64,000 nucleotides of DNA. Origin: Octopus vulgaris. Taxonomy: Eukaryota. Where the stretch lies: contig OX597841.1 of assembly GCA_951406725.2 (NCBI GenBank), positions 17,980,001 to 18,044,000 on the forward strand, in the 5' to 3' direction. The notes beneath the pieces were generated by a model, which saw only the letters and a program-made list of their open reading frames with translations, did not search any database and was not told where the DNA came from. A program made the translations under genes and the position numbers. Below, piece after piece: positions 63,717 through 64,000 of the stretch (its first letter is position 1; every line of letters begins with the position of its first letter).

Positions 63717-64000
63717 ATTTGACTATGGCCATGCATTACGGAGGTCCTGTTGCTGGATGCCTGTATCCCTGGAGATTACGTCAGGGTAGGAGAGCATGTG
63801 CCTTCTGGTATTGCGAGCAGATGGCTTCCAGAGGAGGAGAGTAGAGTACCATAGCATGCTAGGCAAAAGGCTTAGCAGCATTTCGTCTGTCTCTAAGTTC
63901 AAATTCCACTGAGGTTCACTTTGCCTTTCATCCTTTTGGGGTCGATGTGATTAACAAGACCCTCCCCTAAAAAAATTTCAAGTCTTGTGTCTGTTGTAGA

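Overview
AT-rich, microsatellite-dense animal genomic DNA. The SINE/Helitron/Penelope repertoire looks like a coleoid cephalopod, probably Octopus (inference). Most ORF-track entries are translations of microsatellites. Real content: (1) a + strand gene with a 4.6-kb exon (24301-28874) built of about six ~200-280 aa repeats. It splices in phase to a 90-bp exon (35661-35750) and a terminal exon (43637-43755) encoding a RAD51AP1/RAD51AP2-type motif (LRIGLSKRQKIPALHPY), so it is RAD51AP2-like. (2) Minus-strand exons of a p70 S6 kinase (RPS6KB)-like gene, including three tandem variants of the same exon; several expected exons are missing. (3) A head-to-tail array of three L1/Tx1-type LINEs (one apparently full-length and intact, two 5'-truncated), each flanked by (GATA)n, all inside the internal microsatellite of one SINE, suggesting a GATA-microsatellite-targeting retrotransposon. 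(4) A decayed Penelope-like element that seems to sit 7 nt inside an exon, plus several candidate hammerhead ribozymes in Penelope-type inverted repeats (one U3-A8 variant, one split by an insertion, one behind a tRNA-like head). (5) Mariner remnants, non-autonomous Helitrons, RTE/CR1 fragments, many SINEs and a ~650-bp fold-back palindrome. All calls were made by eye; no searches were run.
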